Below are positions 48,022 through 60,835 of a DNA stretch of 64,000 nucleotides, piece by piece. Within the stretch, counting starts at the first letter, position 1, and each line of letters begins with the position of its first letter. Source of the DNA: an uncultured delta proteobacterium (GTDB taxonomy: Bacteria; Desulfobacterota; Desulfobacteria; Desulfobacterales; B30-G6); assembly GCA_963823335.1 (NCBI GenBank), contig CAWGLD010000001.1, forward strand, positions 544,001 to 608,000. The letters run 5' to 3'. Below the pieces are notes generated by a model that was given only the letters and a program-made list of their open reading frames with translations, ran no database searches and had not been told where the DNA came from. Position numbers and translations under genes: made by a program.

Positions 48022-48133
48022 ACAAAAAATGACCCCGGTTGGTTATTGCCGGGATCACAAGTAGGAGGAGATTTGAAGATTAATTCATATCAAATCTTAA
48101 TATAAAAATATACCACTAAGTGGCACATGTCAA
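48022..48133 (-). ncRNA. Candidate ~75-nt sRNA with anti-SD motif
   Basis: TTGACA-17-TATTTT promoter, UCUCCUCCUAC, 9-bp hairpin plus U6 terminator; no plausible CDS. Confidence 0.45.
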
Positions 48134-48180
48134 ATAGGAGGCTGCTGAAATTGTCAATACGTTAATAAAAAGACACAACC

Positions 48181-48366
48181 CTACTTTTTCTTGCATGTCG
48201 ATATGCCGAATGGCAGATAGGCTGGGCACCAACCGATCGCTGCAGTTGCAATCGGCAGCAACCCGATTATCCCCCACCAACTCTTGATATCAATCCCGAT
48301 AAAGATAACAATTAAGCCAGCCATCACTCTTAATGCTCTGTCTGCCGATCCGACATTTTTATCCAT
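48181..48366 (-). CDS. DUF2892 (YgaP-like) small membrane protein
   Basis: NVGSADRALR...IGWCPAYLPFGISTC. Confidence 0.88.
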   Translation of the reverse strand: MDKNVGSADRALRVMAGLIVIFIGIDIKSWWGIIGLLPIATAAIGWCPAYLPFGISTCKKK

Positions 48367-48934
48367 AATTCGCCTTCCATCATAGTAGCTATTTGCTTGT
48401 TAGAGATCATAAGACTGACCCCCTATGGAACAGGGGGCCAAAAGAAGGTTGGGCAGTTAAGTTAACAGAGCAACTAACAGGGGAAAAGATCGTCCCCAAC
48501 CCTACCTGTTTCATAAGTTAAGGATTGGGTGAAGCACTGTCAAATAAGAGTATAACTAAATTTCTTAGGGGCAGGTTTGTCCAAACCTTTGATAAGAGAA
48601 CAATCACCACATTTATTTCACTTATGAGGTTCTCGAAGCATTGGTTGTTCTACATACCGCGTGATAGCACGCGGTTGCGAACCAAATCGTTCGGAGATGT
48701 GCCGTCTCCGAATCCTTTTCAGCATTTGCATGATTCGAGTGATTTAATTTTCGAGATTTACATATTTTAGCCCGTTAGACATTTTTTATTTATATCGCTT
48801 TTGGATCCTGATATTAAATAAAAATTGGACTGACTGGATTCGTATCCGTCACAGGGCCTGAACCTTCGATTGCGGAAGCAAAATGTAATTGGCGCTTTTT
48901 GCAAATTAGTTGCATTGTTAGAGATGAATTTATA

Positions 48935-50215
48935 ATGATTAGAGTCATTAAACCATTTATTGCTCTGCTCATCGCCACGACCATTCTCACCATGGGAAGT
49001 GGCCTGATGAACAGTTTGCTAAGCATTAACATGCGGCTCCAGGGCTATAACGACCAGATCATTGGACTGGTCATGTCCGGTAACTACCTGGGAATAGTGC
49101 TGGGTATCTATTTCTGCCAGAAAATCGTGCAACAGGTCGGCCATATAAGGGCATTTGCTGTATTTGCAACTGTCATGACGGCAGTATCGTTGGTGCACGG
49201 ACTGTACATGTCTGCCTGGCTTTGGACTGTTTTGAGAATTTGCAATGGCTTGTGTGTCACCGGACTCTTCATGGTGATTGAAAGCTGGCTGAATGGAAAA
49301 GTAGAGCCAGCCTTTCGCGGCCGGCTGTTGTCTATTTATATGATTCTGGTATATTTCGGAATCGGCAGCGGCCAGCTTTTGTTGAACGTCGGTGAAGTTC
49401 AGGGCCAAACCATCTTCATGATCGCCGCAATCCTGTTTTCCCTTTGCCTGGTGCCTATTTCCATAACGCGCGCAGTCAAACCCCAGCCCCTCGAAGTGCC
49501 TCGCTATAACTTGATAAAACTGTTTCAACTTGCACCGTTGAGCATGGTCGGAAGCTTTGTTGCCGGCCTGATCAACAGTTCATTTTATGCCATGGGACCC
49601 ATATTTGGAATAGACATCGGACTTCCCGTCTCTCAGGTTTCCCTTTTCATGAGTCTCACTGTTTGGTCGGGGCTGTTGTTTCAATATCCGGTGGGTCTGT
49701 TCTCTGACAGACTCGACCGCCTGACAGTCCTGTCGGGTCTGGGATTTCTTGTGATGCTGGTGAGTGTCGGCATTGCGGTGTTAGGTCGGGTCGGCCTGGG
49801 TGTACTGCTGCCCCTGACTGTTTGTTTCGGGATGGCTTTCACTATTTATCCTGTGGCCATGGCGCGGGCTCAGGACAGCATCAGCAAGAATGAGATCGTG
49901 CCAGTCAGTGCAGCCTTGATTTTATTTTTTGGTATAGGTGCCTGCTTTGGCCCCATAACAGCATCCTTCGTCATTTCAAAGATCGGCCCATTTGGTCTTT
50001 ATTATTTCACAGCAGGGTGTGGCGGGACGCTATGCATGGTTGTTTGGAGTCTACGATATAAATTTCCCAGCAACTTCGAAGAACAGGTGCCGTATATTTC
50101 CATGCCCAGAACGTCGCCGGTGGTCAGCAACCTTGATCCTCGAAGACAAAACGGGTTTTATAATGACGGGGGTGAAACGTCTGAATGCGACAACAAGTTA
50201 GAAAGTCATCCCTAG
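48935..50215 (+). CDS. MFS transporter (YcaD-like)
   Basis: VGHIRAFA, ESWLN, RGRLLSIY, QYPVGLFSDRLDR. Confidence 0.88.
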   Translation: MIRVIKPFIALLIATTILTMGSGLMNSLLSINMRLQGYNDQIIGLVMSGNYLGIVLGIYFCQKIVQQVGHIRAFAVFATVMTAVSLVHGLYMSAWLWTVLRICNGLCVTGLFMVIESWLNGKVEPAFRGRLLSIYMILVYFGIGSGQLLLNVGEVQGQTIFMIAAILFSLCLVPISITRAVKPQPLEVPRYNLIKLFQLAPLSMVGSFVAGLINSSFYAMGPIFGIDIGLPVSQVSLFMSLTVWSGLLFQYPVGLFSDRLDRLTVLSGLGFLVMLVSVGIAVLGRVGLGVLLPLTVCFGMAFTIYPVAMARAQDSISKNEIVPVSAALILFFGIGACFGPITASFVISKIGPFGLYYFTAGCGGTLCMVVWSLRYKFPSNFEEQVPYISMPRTSPVVSNLDPRRQNGFYNDGGETSECDNKLESHP

Positions 50216-50472
50216 ATTATTGGGGACATCGTGCAGAACATACACAAATGTCTGACATCTAAAAAGTTAACAACAATAGCCTACCTTTTTGACCAATAGT
50301 GCATCTGGCCTGAAAATCTGGTCTTGCCAATCCGTCTTGTCCGATTCCTTCAGGTCGATGAATTGTCGAATGCCCCCTGCAATAATGCGTTTAATCAGGT
50401 TCTAATTAATATTATTTGTCCAATTACAAGCAAGTAAGCGCACGCTCAAAATTCTGAAATATATAAATATAT

Positions 50473-50602
50473 TTGAAATTGTTCTTCCGGGTACATATAT
50501 TGTGAAAGCGAAAGGAGGTGATCAAAATGAAAAGGCTCTGCATGGTGATGCATGCAAAGCCTTAGACCCGGAAAGGAATCCTGAAAGGATAACTAATCCG
50601 GA
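50473..50602 (+). other. Candidate small transcript: promoter, perfect SD, 12-codon ORF (50527-50565)
   Basis: TTGAAA-17-TATATT; AAAGGAGGTGATC; MKRLCMVMHAKP*; ORF folds into a 12-bp hairpin with one mismatch. Confidence 0.4.
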
Positions 50603-50733
50603 CATCGAAATTGTCGATATGCTTCAATCTGAATCAATGATGGCCCAAGAAAACCGAATTGAGCGCAATTTGACCATCACCTTGCTTTTTCGGCAACCGG
50701 GTTCTGATAGACATGACATCTCTTGAAACGGTA

Positions 50734-50955
50734 TCACATTACCTTGACACCATTTTTTTTCATTAGAGCAATAATATCATCTAATTGTGCTGTCGAACAG
50801 TCATCGATATGGTAAACTTTCTGGCCGCCGTCCACGAACCTGAGCGTCAAATTCCTATGTTCGTCCAGCCGGGCTTGATGAACGTAGCTATCATTGAGCC
50901 ATGGTTTGAGTACCTGAATAAAGTCAATAAGCGTGCATGTGTTCATGGGATACAA
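50734..50955 (-). CDS. Small hypothetical protein
   Basis: 73-aa ORF with RBS GGAG, downstream of the phosphatase gene on the same strand. Confidence 0.55.
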   Translation of the reverse strand: MYPMNTCTLIDFIQVLKPWLNDSYVHQARLDEHRNLTLRFVDGGQKVYHIDDCSTAQLDDIIALMKKNGVKVM

Positions 50956-50996
50956 TTTTCTCCATTATCGTGTTGATCACTTAAAGCAGAGGTTAA

Positions 50997-51602
50997 CTAA
51001 CGCGTTTTAATCGAGCCGATGGTCGTTATGTCGCCGGTACTGGATCGATGAACGATGACCAGTTCTCCCGATGCAGGATAGATGCCGGTCAGGGCCGTGA
51101 TGTTGACCTGATGGGTAACGAGAACGATTGGCCGGTCAAGGTTCTGCCTTGCTATCCATTCAGACAACATTCTGGTTTGTGATTCTCGACGCTCGTATCG
51201 CTGAAAAAAGGAGTTTAATGCCGCAAGTTCCTCGACCGGCCCAAGCCCGAGTAATTTTGCCGTTTCCATGCAACGGCACCATTGGCTTGAATAGACCTGT
51301 GCACTATTAATTCCTTGCTCATGAAAACGATCGCCAATTTTTTCAGCCTGATCGCGGCCCTCTTCCGACAAATTTCTTTGGGTCGCGCATTGACCGAGCT
51401 CAAACTGAGGAGGATCACCCGTTCCCGGGGCGATGGCATGACGTAAGAGCACAAGGTGTTCGCCCGATTTCAGCATCTTCCACAGCTGTGTGTCGTCATC
51501 TGAAGAAAACGCTGAAACACTGCAGCAAAGACAAAATATTGTCACGAGAACAACCATTCGAAATCGTAATGGTAAACGCGTATGTATGTCATTTTTTTGC
51601 AT
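50997..51602 (-). CDS. Histidine phosphatase superfamily protein (secreted)
   Basis: LRHAIAPG, RNLSEEGR, SSQWCRCMETA, LVTH; signal-like N-terminus. Confidence 0.85.
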   Translation of the reverse strand: MQKNDIHTRLPLRFRMVVLVTIFCLCCSVSAFSSDDDTQLWKMLKSGEHLVLLRHAIAPGTGDPPQFELGQCATQRNLSEEGRDQAEKIGDRFHEQGINSAQVYSSQWCRCMETAKLLGLGPVEELAALNSFFQRYERRESQTRMLSEWIARQNLDRPIVLVTHQVNITALTGIYPASGELVIVHRSSTGDITTIGSIKTR

Positions 51603-51656
51603 GATCTTGATTTTCGTTTTGGATAGTTTGATCGTTTAAGGCATATTCTAATACAC

Positions 51657-52694
51657 GTGGACACTTTTTCAATAGGAGTGAATTTGAAATCTGTTAGCCA
51701 GTCTAAAATACGCGGCGCTCTTTTAGGGCTTGGCATAGGCGACGCACTTTCCATGCCGGTCCACTGGTATTACAATCGCTGGGCGCTTGAAAATGATTAT
51801 GGACAGGTCGTGGATTATCTAAAACCGCGCAACCCCCATCCGGACAGCATCCTCTGGCGTTCCCAGTACAAAGCGTCTAATGCCAGGGGCGAAATCCTTC
51901 ACGACCAGGCGCAATACTGGGGTAAAAGAGGCCTACACTATCACCAATTTCTGAAAGCGGGAGAAAACACCTTAAATGTCAAAATTTGTCGACTGCTCGT
52001 CGATTCTTTGAATCAAAATCGGGCTTATGACGCCAACGATTTTCTAAACAAATACATCGCCTTTATGACGACCCCAAACAGCCATCGCGACACCTACATC
52101 GAAGAGTATCACCGCAATTTCTTTGCTAACTACGCGTCCGGGATTGCGCCACATAAATGCGGTGTTGAAGAAAAGCATATCGGTGGGCTGGTGGGCATCG
52201 TTCCCGTTATAACTTTTTATGCCAATCATCCGCAGCAGGCACAAGAGCATGCCCTGGAACACCTGGCTTTGACACATCCCGGCAAGAAAATGGAAGTTTC
52301 GGCATCTTTGATCATCGATATTTTGCTACAGGTATTTGACGGCAATCCTCTGCAGGAGGTGATTTTGGGACAACTGCAGGTTCAAAACAATCCTTTGCTG
52401 GGTCACCCATTTACGAAGCTGCTGAAGGAACCGGATGAAACGGTCATTGGGAAGTATTTCAGTACCGCCTGCTATGTCGAGGACGCCGTTCCAGCCGTCA
52501 TCTATCTGGCTTTAAAATATCATCAGGATCCGGAAAAAGCGCTGGTCGTGAATACCAACCTGGGCGGTGACAATGCCGGTCGCGGAGCGGTTTTAGGGGC
52601 GCTGCTCGGTGCCGCCCACGGTACCGATAAATTTCCAGAACGCTGGGTCGGCGGGCTTGTGGAGCCCTTGCCAGATTTTATTAACGTCTTCTAA
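51657..52694 (+). CDS. ADP-ribosylglycohydrolase family protein
   Basis: GDALSMPVHWYY, GGDNAGRGAVLGALLGA. Confidence 0.85.
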   Translation: MDTFSIGVNLKSVSQSKIRGALLGLGIGDALSMPVHWYYNRWALENDYGQVVDYLKPRNPHPDSILWRSQYKASNARGEILHDQAQYWGKRGLHYHQFLKAGENTLNVKICRLLVDSLNQNRAYDANDFLNKYIAFMTTPNSHRDTYIEEYHRNFFANYASGIAPHKCGVEEKHIGGLVGIVPVITFYANHPQQAQEHALEHLALTHPGKKMEVSASLIIDILLQVFDGNPLQEVILGQLQVQNNPLLGHPFTKLLKEPDETVIGKYFSTACYVEDAVPAVIYLALKYHQDPEKALVVNTNLGGDNAGRGAVLGALLGAAHGTDKFPERWVGGLVEPLPDFINVF

Positions 52695-52721
52695 TGAAAT
52701 TATAAACCAGGAGATTAAATC

Positions 52722-53489
52722 ATGAAACTCAATAATAAAATTGCCCTGATAACTGGGGGCAGCAGAGGTCTGGGTAGAAATTCGGCTATGCGTCTTGCTG
52801 AAAATGGAGCTGATGTGATCATTACCTACCACCAACAAAAGGACGCAGCCGATATCGTGGTCAAGGAAATTGAAAAACAGTACCAAAGAAATGCGACAGC
52901 CCTGCAGCTCGACGTCGGACACGTCGGTTCCTTTGATAATTTTATGGATCGGGTATCAGATGTCCTGAAAAACAATTGGCACGCCCAGAGGTTTGACTTT
53001 CTGATCAACAATGCGGGCATAGGAACGCGCGCAGCTATCGATCAAACGACCGAGGAAGTCTTTGACAACCTGTTCAATGTACATTTCAAAGGCGTTTATT
53101 TCTTGACACAAAAAGCGATCCCGATAATGAATGACAATGGATGTGTCGTTAATATTTCTTCCGGGCTGACACGGTTTTCAATGCCGGGCCAGAGTGCCTA
53201 TGCATCCATGAAAGGCGCGATTGAAGTTTTCACAAAGTACATTGCAAAGGAAATGGCGCCCAGAGGTATCAGGGCCAACCTGGTGGCGCCGGGAGCCATT
53301 GAGACGGACTTCACCAAGCCCGCCTTTGATGCCAATCCCCAGATAAGGGAAATGATTGCCGCGCAAACGGCATTGGGACGGGTCGGTGTCCCGGACGATA
53401 TCGGTGGCGTTGTCGCATTCCTGTGCTCCGAGGAAGCACGCTGGTTAAATGGTCAGAGATTGGAGGTGTCCGGGGGTATTTTTCTGTAA
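52722..53489 (+). CDS. Short-chain dehydrogenase/reductase
   Basis: TGGSRGLG, NNAG, YASMK, PGAIETD. Confidence 0.92.
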   Translation: MKLNNKIALITGGSRGLGRNSAMRLAENGADVIITYHQQKDAADIVVKEIEKQYQRNATALQLDVGHVGSFDNFMDRVSDVLKNNWHAQRFDFLINNAGIGTRAAIDQTTEEVFDNLFNVHFKGVYFLTQKAIPIMNDNGCVVNISSGLTRFSMPGQSAYASMKGAIEVFTKYIAKEMAPRGIRANLVAPGAIETDFTKPAFDANPQIREMIAAQTALGRVGVPDDIGGVVAFLCSEEARWLNGQRLEVSGGIFL

Positions 53490-53589
53490 ATCTGGTTTCG
53501 AACGCTGGATGGTAAAAACACACCACGAGCACTATCGGTGATAGGGATACGATTAACAATTTCTTTAGATTGAAATAATTGATTATCAA

Positions 53590-53675
53590 ATGCGCACATA
53601 CGATTTTATCATTGTCGGCTTAGGCACGGCCGGTGCGGCAACTTGCATGACACTGACCCGTCGGGGGTATAGGCG
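53590..53675 (+). pseudogene. N-terminal remnant of an FAD-dependent oxidase (SolA/sarcosine oxidase-like)
   Basis: YDFIIVGLGTAGAATCMTLTRRGY dinucleotide-binding motif, followed by unrelated-looking sequence. Confidence 0.55.
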
Positions 53676-53789
53676 TGTAAAAACTTCGTCATATTTCATG
53701 CAGGATTCAGGCAACAAACAATTGCCGAACGACAAATACTACAGCTGTAGGAACCTGAAATATCGTATAAGTTCAAAAGGAGGCATCTC

Positions 53790-54446
53790 ATGCTGAAACT
53801 GGGTGAAAAAGGCGCCATATTGCAACGTGACAAAAAAACGTATGCTATTGCCCCCCATATTCCCTGCGGGGTGGTCACACCGGAGCTGCTGCGCCGGATC
53901 GCCGATGTAAGCGAAAGATACAATGCCCAGACCATCAAGATCACCGGGGCTACCCGTATCGCCATCATCGGCATCCAAGAGGAAGACGTAGATCAGATCT
54001 GGCAGGAGATCCAGCTTGATAAAGGCGCGGCCGTAGGACTCTGCGTGCGTAGTATTCGTTCGTGCCCTGGGTCCACTTACTGCCGTCTGGGCAAACAAGA
54101 TGCCCTGGGCATCGGCATGGAACTCGACAAGCGCTATCACGCCAAGAGTCTTCCCGGCAAATTCAAAATGGCGATATCCGGATGCCATCTGAGTTGTGCT
54201 GAATCCTGGGTGAGGGATATCGGCCTGATCGGTCTGAAAGAAGGCTGGCAGGTGGTCATCGGCGGGAATGTGGGCGCGGAGCCGCGCATTGCCCAGGAGG
54301 TCGCTTCCGGTATTGACGATGCCGGCATCCTGCAAGCGGTAGATAAAATAGTTCTATGCTATCAGGAATCTGCCCAAAAAGGCGAGCGTCTGGGAAAAAC
54401 CATCGGCCGGATCGGTCTGGAGCCTTTTAAGACAGCTTTGCAGTAA
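53790..54446 (+). CDS. Nitrite/sulfite reductase 4Fe-4S domain protein
   Basis: GAILQRD, RSCPGSTYC, KFKMAISGCHLSCAE. Confidence 0.85.
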   Translation: MLKLGEKGAILQRDKKTYAIAPHIPCGVVTPELLRRIADVSERYNAQTIKITGATRIAIIGIQEEDVDQIWQEIQLDKGAAVGLCVRSIRSCPGSTYCRLGKQDALGIGMELDKRYHAKSLPGKFKMAISGCHLSCAESWVRDIGLIGLKEGWQVVIGGNVGAEPRIAQEVASGIDDAGILQAVDKIVLCYQESAQKGERLGKTIGRIGLEPFKTALQ

Positions 54447-54563
54447 ATGGAAACCCAAGGATCTATCGAATCGGAAAGCATGGATCAGACCATTGCACGA
54501 AGAAGTTGCGTATTGTTGGATTTCTGGCACAATATGAGCATTGATTCAACATCACCCGATTAA

Positions 54564-56612
<2,049 letters not shown>

Positions 56613-56742
56613 GTTGCCGAAATAAAAGCAAGATGACACGTGCAGATCTTATCGTATCGTGTTAACCGCTTTCCAATGAAAACAACAGAAGTTGCAGAAG
56701 GCCGCCAAAACACAACAACAAAATTTGCATGAAAGGTCCGTC

Positions 56743-57648
56743 GTGATTCGTTGGGGTTTGTGTTGCATATTTCGTGAAGCGCCGATAAGGTTCCGCCGTA
56801 CGACAGCAAAATACGTAAGCAAGCTATCGTCGGATGAGCAAAAGCGTCATCTTTCCGGTATTTGCCTGCATAATGCGAATTCTCTTCTCGAAGCACTTCA
56901 CTTTTGCCGGCAAAACGGGATCAAGGCCTTTCGTATCAACAGCCAGATTTTGCCGCTCAAAACGCATCCACAGTTCGGCTATGACATCGAAAGGCTGCCC
57001 GAATCATCGAAAATTGTAAAAACATTTAAAAAATGCGGGGCCTACGGCCGCCGGCACCATCTACGTTTAAGCTTTCACCCCGATCAGTTTATTTTGCTGT
57101 CTTCGCCCAATCCGGATGTCACCCGCCGTTCCATTGCCGATCTGCAATATCAGGCGGAAGTGGCGAAGTGGGTCAAGGCCGATGTCATCAATATTCATGC
57201 TGGCGGGGCCTACGGCAACAAAGACAAAACCCTGCAGCGCCTGTCCGATCGCATCTCGAATTTGCCGCAGGACGTTCGCCAAATGCTGACCTTGGAAAAC
57301 GATGATCGGCTTTATACCCCTCGTGAATTGCTGCCGGTTTGCGAAACATTGGCAATACCAATGGTATACGACGTGCACCATCATCGCTGCCTGCCCGATG
57401 GTCTCAGTGTTGAAGAGACCACGCAAAGGGCGCTTAAAACCTGGAACCGCGAGCCGCTTTTTCATATATCAAGCCCCCTGAACCCTTGGGGGTCTGGGAA
57501 CCCGAGAAGTCATCATGATTATGTCAATCCCGATGATTTCCCGGAATCCTGGCTGAAACTGGATATTACTCTGGATGTTGAGGCAAAAGCCAAAGAGCTG
57601 GCTGTTCTCAAATTGATGCAAGAGATTGACATAAGACAAAAGAAGTGA
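56743..57648 (+). CDS. uvsE: UV DNA damage endonuclease
   Basis: RLSFHPDQF, LTLENDD, YDVHHH, HISS, DVEAKAKE; start GTG 56743. Confidence 0.9.
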   Translation: MIRWGLCCIFREAPIRFRRTTAKYVSKLSSDEQKRHLSGICLHNANSLLEALHFCRQNGIKAFRINSQILPLKTHPQFGYDIERLPESSKIVKTFKKCGAYGRRHHLRLSFHPDQFILLSSPNPDVTRRSIADLQYQAEVAKWVKADVINIHAGGAYGNKDKTLQRLSDRISNLPQDVRQMLTLENDDRLYTPRELLPVCETLAIPMVYDVHHHRCLPDGLSVEETTQRALKTWNREPLFHISSPLNPWGSGNPRSHHDYVNPDDFPESWLKLDITLDVEAKAKELAVLKLMQEIDIRQKK

Positions 57649-57867
57649 GCCTCACCATCCTGAGCCACAAAGGTTTAAACAGATTTTTTTTCGGTTTCAG
57701 CTCTTTTCGTTCGGAAAATTTTCACACGACTGAAGAGACAATAGGCTTACATCTTGAAAAAGTGGCCAAAACACAATCGAGACATTATTTTATTCATAGA
57801 TAGAAACAAACCAAAACTGTGAATCGATTGTTGATACACAAAAACGTGCAATTGAAGAGGAGAAAAA

Positions 57868-58359
57868 ATGGACTACAATTTTACTGCAGACGAGATCTTT
57901 GAAGTCGCCGTCCGGATTGAAGCCAACGGTGCAAGCTTCTACCGCAAAGCAGCAGCGAACCAATCTGAGGACATCAACCGTTCTTTCTTGGAGCAGCTGG
58001 CGAAGATGGAGGATCATCATCAGTCAACCTTTAAAAATATGAGATCAACTCTCAAACCAAACGAAAAACAGACTACGGTTTTCGATCCCAATCAAGAAAC
58101 CGCTCAATACCTGGCCGTCATGGCCGACACTCACGGTGGAGAGGGCAGTCCAACGGCTGCAGATTCCCTGACTGGAAATGAAACCATCCAGGAAATTATC
58201 GATATCGCCATCGGATTAGAAAAGGAATCCATCCTGTTTTATCTGGGTTTGAAAGACTTCGTCCCGCCTGAGTACGGACAGGATAAACTGGATCGCATTA
58301 TACGTGAAGAACAGCGGCACATCGTACAGCTCAACGGCTTTCGCAAAAAGGTGTTGTAG
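57868..58359 (+). CDS. Rubrerythrin/ferritin-like protein
   Basis: EANGASFY...EDHH and EKESILFY...EQRH diiron motifs. Confidence 0.85.
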   Translation: MDYNFTADEIFEVAVRIEANGASFYRKAAANQSEDINRSFLEQLAKMEDHHQSTFKNMRSTLKPNEKQTTVFDPNQETAQYLAVMADTHGGEGSPTAADSLTGNETIQEIIDIAIGLEKESILFYLGLKDFVPPEYGQDKLDRIIREEQRHIVQLNGFRKKVL

Positions 58360-58391
58360 CCATCCCCAAGTTAGTGCCAACTAAAAGCAGA

Positions 58392-58460
58392 GGGGTCAAG
58401 TCTACTCTTAAAAGGGGTCATAAAACATAAAAAGGGGTCAAGTCTACTCTTGACTCTTTT
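58392..58460. repeat. GGGGTCAAGTCTACTCTT direct repeat plus hairpin
   Basis: Two 18-bp copies (58392, 58434); the second forms a hairpin with CTTGACTCTTTT. Confidence 0.6.
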
Positions 58461-58521
58461 CCAGATGACCTCCCAGATTTCTTTTTGAAACGATTTCTAT
58501 GTTTTTCTGTACCCGCACCGA

Positions 58522-58678
58522 TTACCACAGGCGTTTGTTAGCGAAGGCTTTTCCGGAGTGCGATTTCATATATTTCTCGAATGCCAGGGCTTTTTGGCGA
58601 GACTGGAAGGCTGCATAGGAAATGAGCTCCCATGGTTTGTACTTGGAGGTATGGGGTGATTGACCATTGTTGTGCGCG
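58522..58678 (-). pseudogene. C-terminal fragment of a small GIY-YIG nuclease
   Basis: [21 protein letters not shown]...ALAFEKYMKSHSGKAF; the N-terminal GIY-YIG motif is missing. Confidence 0.75.
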
Positions 58679-58681
58679 ACA

Positions 58682-59789
58682 ACATCAACCAATATGAATG
58701 CCAACGAGGTCATTGCCAATCGCGGGCTCGAACTGATGGGTTTTACCAAAGGGGACTACCAGCACCTGCACCCCAATGACCATGTCAACTGCTCACAGTC
58801 AACCAATGATGCCTATCCGACCGCCATCAAGCTCGGGGTTCTGCTTTCCCATCGTAGACCTGACCCGTGCCATGGTCGAGCTGCGCGAGTCTCTTGAAGA
58901 GAAAGCTGAAGAGTTCAGTGATGTCCTCAAGATGGGCCGTACCGAGAACCAGGATGCCGTACCAATGACCCTTGGCCAGGAATTCAGTGCCTACGCCGTG
59001 ATGATCGATAGTGCCAGTAAAGCGCTCGAACGTGCCGCCGATGAGTTTCTCAATATCAATATGGGCGCAACGGCAATAGGTACAGGCATCAATAGTCCGC
59101 CGGGTTACGCTAACCTGGTTACTAAAAAACTTTCTGAAGTGAGTGGGTTTGAACTGAGACGGGCCGGCAATCTGGTAGAAGCAACACAGAATGCAGGCAC
59201 CTTTGTGCAGATGTCGGCTACCTTAAAAAGGGCCGCTGTACAGATTTCCAAGATCTGCAATGATCTGCGCTGGTTGTCATCGGGCCCCCGCTGCGGCCTC
59301 AATGAAATCAACCTGCCGGCCATGCAGCCGGGCTCTTCCATTATGCCCGGAAAAGTCAATCCGGTTATTCCTGAACTGGTCAACCAGATCTGTTATCAGG
59401 TTATGGGCTACGATGCTGTGGTGTCAATGGCCGCCGAGGCAAGTGAGCTGGAACTTTGTATGGCCGAGCCAATTATCGCCTATGATCTGCTGCATGGCAT
59501 GATGATTCTCAAGAACGGCTGTGTAACCCTGGTCTCTCGCTGCATTACAGGAATCGAAGCGAACCGTGATATCTGCCGCGGCTACGTCGAACAAAGCATC
59601 GGCCTGGTGACTGCCCTGGTGCCGGTCATCGGTTATGAAGCATCAGCAGCGATTGCCAAAGAGGCCCTGAAAACCGGAGGCAGTGTCTACGAGCTTGTTC
59701 TATCCAAAGGGTTGCTCTCCAAGGAAGAACTCGACGATATGCTCCGTCCGGAGAACATGACCGATCCGAGGGAAATTCCCCACAAATAG
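58682..59789 (+). pseudogene. aspA: Aspartate ammonia-lyase, 5'-truncated and frameshifted (~58855)
   Basis: Begins at [24 protein letters not shown] in one frame, KMGRT and GSSIMPGKVNP in another. Confidence 0.85.
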
Positions 59790-59800
59790 CCTGTCAGTCA

Positions 59801-59835
59801 AAGCCGCTATCTGTTACCCGCTCAGATAGCGGCTT
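59801..59835. terminator. Hairpin after aspA
   Basis: AAGCCGCTATCTG/CAGATAGCGGCTT 13-bp perfect stem. Confidence 0.6.
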
Positions 59836-59868
59836 AGGTCTATATCTTTAACCAAACAAATTTTCACT

Positions 59869-60376
59869 ATGGATCCTGTTTTTCTTCTTACTGTTCTTTT
59901 CATTATAGGTCTTGTGGTCGAAGCAATGACCGGAGCCATCACTGCTGGTGATGACCTCGATTGCTGCACTGATTATGGTTATGATTGCTCGATATTTTCG
60001 AAAACTCAGCTGGTTGTTCCTGTCTCTTGATGCTCTTGGTCTGATCACCTTCAGTATCGTCGGCGCAATGCGCGCTATGGACATGGGTTTTGGTATGGGG
60101 GTTGCTTCTATTGCGGGAATCACCACAGGAGTGTTTGGTGGGATCCTGCGTGATATGCTCTGTAATCGCATCCCGCTGGCCTTTCAAAAAGAACTTTACG
60201 CCAGTGTTTCTATTGCTTCAGTATGGTTATACCTGATTCTGCATCATTATGGAGTCGCTGCATCAATCTCGGTTACTGTTACTCTGATATTTGGCTTTTG
60301 CCTTCGTATGCTGGCTGTAAAGTATGACTGGAATATTCCACGGTTCGTGTATGAGGCAAAGATGTCTGAGCAATAA
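59869..60376 (+). pseudogene. TRIC/UPF0126 membrane protein with internal frameshifting deletion
   Basis: ATG 59869: ...IGLVVEAMTGAITAG then out of frame; second frame has LDALGL, GVFGGILRD, ELYA; the first GGG.RD repeat is missing. Confidence 0.7.
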
Positions 60377-60835
60377 ATTCTCGGATGCCTTTTTCATCGC
60401 CCGTCGAATGGCCTTCTGGCTTGATTGTCTGAACTATCTGAGCCCCGGCATCAGCTCAACAGACACTCCAGCCCACTCACCATATCATTTCTAAAGGGTT
60501 GAATATCCCCCAGAAATATGTCAGAGTAATCTCGATACCTTGGTCAATAATAAAGAGATACATCTTTCTGGTGTGGAGCACCATTCCACATTATTGCACA
60601 TGTTATTTTGTAGAGAAAGTCATATGGCCTCATCTTTTTAGGGTTGAATAATTGCTTTTACACAACCGCAAAGATCTCATCAATAAAATGGTAATGTATT
60701 TTAAAGAATAACGAAGAGTTAGGGCAAATATCCGTTTGAGGATAAAACGACCAAGAAACTTATCATTTCTGGACAGACACTAACTCAAGAGAATGAACTG
60801 GAACTGGTATCTTGAGGACTGGAAAAGAACATTTA

